Assembly: GCA_042216905.1 (NCBI GenBank)
Contig: JBDGTL010000026.1
Span: 45,315 to 87,735, forward strand
Origin: Halodesulfurarchaeum sp.
GTDB lineage: Archaea > Halobacteriota > Halobacteria > Halobacteriales > Halobacteriaceae
Reading direction: 5' to 3'
Length of the DNA: 42,421 nt
In this document: positions 40,310 to 42,421 of the stretch, one piece after another
Layout of the letters: each line of letters starts with the position of its first letter
Numbering within the stretch: the first letter of the stretch is position 1
Position numbers and translations under genes: made by a program
The notes under the pieces: generated by a model
The model's database searches: none
What the model was told of the DNA's origin: nothing
Seen by the model: only the letters and a program-made list of their open reading frames with translations

Positions 40310-40677
40310 CAGCGATAACCACGCTCCAGACGGCAGTGGTCGTATTGCTCATCACCGTCGGAAGTGCCTTCCTGGCTGTCGGGACTATCGGAATCCTCCG
40401 GTTCCCCGACGTGTACAACCGAATGCACGCCAGTTCGAAGGCGACGACCCTCGGCGCCGCCTCGATATTCCTCGGGGCGACTGTCCATTTCGGTCCAAAC
40501 GGACGTGGATTGACCGCACTGGTTGGCATCCTCTTCCTTTTCCTCACCGCCCCGACCGGCGCTCACATGATATCCCGGTCGGCACACAAGATGGGAGTGC
40601 CGTTCTTCGGGGACGCGCACTGGATCGAATCCGAGGGCGGAGAATCGGTCGCGGACGTGGACGAGGACTCCGTCTGA
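40306..40677 (+). CDS. mrpG: Mrp antiporter subunit G
   Basis: GILRFPDVYNRMHASSKATTLG, FLTAPTGAHMI; ATG 40306 overlaps the mrpF stop. Confidence 0.92.
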   Translation: MTAITTLQTAVVVLLITVGSAFLAVGTIGILRFPDVYNRMHASSKATTLGAASIFLGATVHFGPNGRGLTALVGILFLFLTAPTGAHMISRSAHKMGVPFFGDAHWIESEGGESVADVDEDSV

Positions 40678-40714
40678 GATGAGGACGTCTGGCAAGGCGG
40701 AAAACCACAACCGA

Positions 40715-41128
40715 TTACACCAGGTGATCCGTGCTCGTTACAGAAATCAACAACAACATCGAAAGTGCGAGAAACGTTCCGAGCGAGAGGTTTGGAATCG
40801 AGAGCCCGGCGACACGCAACGTCACCGAAGCGCACGGATTCGACAGCGAACAGGTGCCAGACGCCGTCGGTTGTAACTGGAGCCAGGAATGATACGCGGC
40901 GACTGCAACGCCACCGAGGCTGAGCGGGACGGCGGCGTACAGGAGCCGAAATCGCGAAAACACCAGCGCTCCCCAGATAAGGAATACCTGCGGGTACAGG
41001 AGATAGCGCTGGTACCAGCAGAGTTCACACGGTACCAGTCCCATAATTTCGCTCAGGACGAGGGTCCCGATACTCCCCGCAAGTGCAATAAGACCCGAAG
41101 CCAGTACGATTCCCCGGATGCGGTTCAT
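40715..41128 (-). CDS. dsbB: Disulfide bond formation protein (DsbB/BdbC family)
   Basis: PCELCWYQR, AAYH, second Cys pair TCSLSNPC, SIPNLS; 4 TM. Confidence 0.85.
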   Translation of the reverse strand: MNRIRGIVLASGLIALAGSIGTLVLSEIMGLVPCELCWYQRYLLYPQVFLIWGALVFSRFRLLYAAVPLSLGGVAVAAYHSWLQLQPTASGTCSLSNPCASVTLRVAGLSIPNLSLGTFLALSMLLLISVTSTDHLV

Positions 41129-42282
41129 CGATACACGATTCGCTCAGCGAGTTCCTCGGCCACTCGCAGTCCGAGGTCGGCCTTCGATCCCGTGAATTCG
41201 TCCGCCGACTCGCCGTCGACGAACCGGACTGAGGTCTCCTTCTCGCCCATCACGGAGACGTCGTTCGCCACGACGAAGGCCAGGCCGTACCGATCCTGGA
41301 GGTCACGGGCCCGGTCGATCATCGAGGACTCCGGGCCAGTTTCGACTTTAAACCCGACGATCGGCAGGTCGGGGTCTCGATCTCGGACGGCTTCGAGGAG
41401 TTTCGGCGTGGGTTCGAGGTGGAGCGTCAGTTCCTGGCCCGATCGGATCTTTTCCTCCGCCTGCTCGACGGTGTAATCCGAGATAGCAGCGGCGGAAACG
41501 AGCGCGTCCGCACTCCCGAGATTCGAGAGCACCGCCTCCCGCATGTCCGAAGCTGTCCGAACCGTCTCGACATCGGCGTAGGGGACGTCGGGTCCATCGT
41601 GGACGAGTATGACGTCGGCACCAAGAGCGTACAGGCCACGGGCGACCGCCCGACCGGTTTTACCAGACGCTCGATTTGAGAGCACGCGGACTGGATCGAT
41701 TGGTTCGGCGGTGGCCCCGCTCGTGACGATCACGGTGTTTCCCGCGAGGGGTTGGGCCCCGACGGCCCGCGCCGTGTCGAGAACGATCGTGTCCACGTCC
41801 GCGATTTTCGCTTTCCCCTCCTCGAATCGTGGGTCGACGACCGTCACGTCCCATTCCTGGAGGGTGTCGATGGCCGATAGGACACCCGGGTGGTCGTACA
41901 TCGGCCGGTGCATGGCCGGCGCGACGACGATCGGTATTCCCGCCCCGAGAGCGGTCGTCGCCGAGGTCGTAACGGGGGTGTCGTCGATCGCTCCCGCCAT
42001 CTTGCCGATCGTGTTCGCGGTGGCGGGAGCGACGAGAAAGACGTCCGCCCATCCGTCTGTCCCGAAGAGTTCGATGTGCTCGGTCGCTCCGGTGATCTCG
42101 GTGCAGACCTCCTGATCCGTCGCGAACTCGACAGTCCACGGATGGACGATGTTCGAGGCGCTATCGGTCATCACTCCCTTCACAGTCGCCCCTCGCCGCC
42201 TGAGTTCGTGGGCGATTTCCACCACCTCGACCGCCGCCACGCTCCCCGTCACGCCCAACCCGACGTTGATTCCCGAGAGCAT
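41125..42282 (-). CDS. coaBC: Bifunctional phosphopantothenoylcysteine decarboxylase/ligase
   Basis: GVTGSVAA, APATANTIGK, PAMH, TSGATAEPIDPVR..SN..SG, AAAISDY, VGFK.ET, VVAND. Confidence 0.95.
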   Translation of the reverse strand: MLSGINVGLGVTGSVAAVEVVEIAHELRRRGATVKGVMTDSASNIVHPWTVEFATDQEVCTEITGATEHIELFGTDGWADVFLVAPATANTIGKMAGAIDDTPVTTSATTALGAGIPIVVAPAMHRPMYDHPGVLSAIDTLQEWDVTVVDPRFEEGKAKIADVDTIVLDTARAVGAQPLAGNTVIVTSGATAEPIDPVRVLSNRASGKTGRAVARGLYALGADVILVHDGPDVPYADVETVRTASDMREAVLSNLGSADALVSAAAISDYTVEQAEEKIRSGQELTLHLEPTPKLLEAVRDRDPDLPIVGFKVETGPESSMIDRARDLQDRYGLAFVVANDVSVMGEKETSVRFVDGESADEFTGSKADLGLRVAEELAERIVYR

Positions 42283-42304
42283 TCGTTCGCGACTTCGACT
42301 GCGG

Positions 42305-42421
42305 GAACATTAAAACCGACAGATCCGACTCGACACCGCGAAACCGTTAGATTCCATTCGACACTGCCAACCCGTCAGATTCCATTCGGCACTGCCAAAC
42401 CGTCAGATTCCATTCGGCACT
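42305..42421. repeat. Tandem array, 4 or more x 28 bp (GRCACTGCCAAACCGTCAGATTCCATTC), runs off window end
   Basis: Units at 42332, 42360, 42388, 42416 (partial) plus a degenerate copy near 42305. Confidence 0.92.

Overview
High-GC (about 60-65%) haloarchaeal (Halobacteria) chromosomal segment with acidic proteins and mostly leaderless genes. Core content: an enolase-superfamily sugar-acid dehydratase, an MMPL/RND transporter, an ArsR-like HTH, quinol-dependent NO reductase (qNor), tRNA-Gln(TTG), a sufC-sufB-sufD-ferritin-like-DtxR operon, SDR, cutA, AlaX, HD protein, LysE, a ThrC paralogue lacking the PLP lysine, the rpl44e-rps27e-aIF2alpha-nop10-PAC2 cluster, DUF2298, hpt, mrpA-G, DsbB-like and coaBC. 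Most notable: (1) an ArcE (arginine synthetase)-type arginine catabolism locus (arcE, OTC, carbamate kinase) broken by a microhomology-bounded deletion that fuses the 3' half of arcC head-to-head with the 3' tail of an amino-acid ABC ATPase; (2) eight mutually unrelated 19-32 bp tandem arrays outside the recognised genes, two carrying palindromic operator-like cores in divergent promoters, plus a longer REP-like repeat; (3) two non-coding islands of about 16-20% GC between convergent genes; (4) operator-like palindromes upstream of sufC, the MMPL gene and qNor. No CRISPR array, integrase or transposase was recognised. All calls come from reading motifs; no database search was run.
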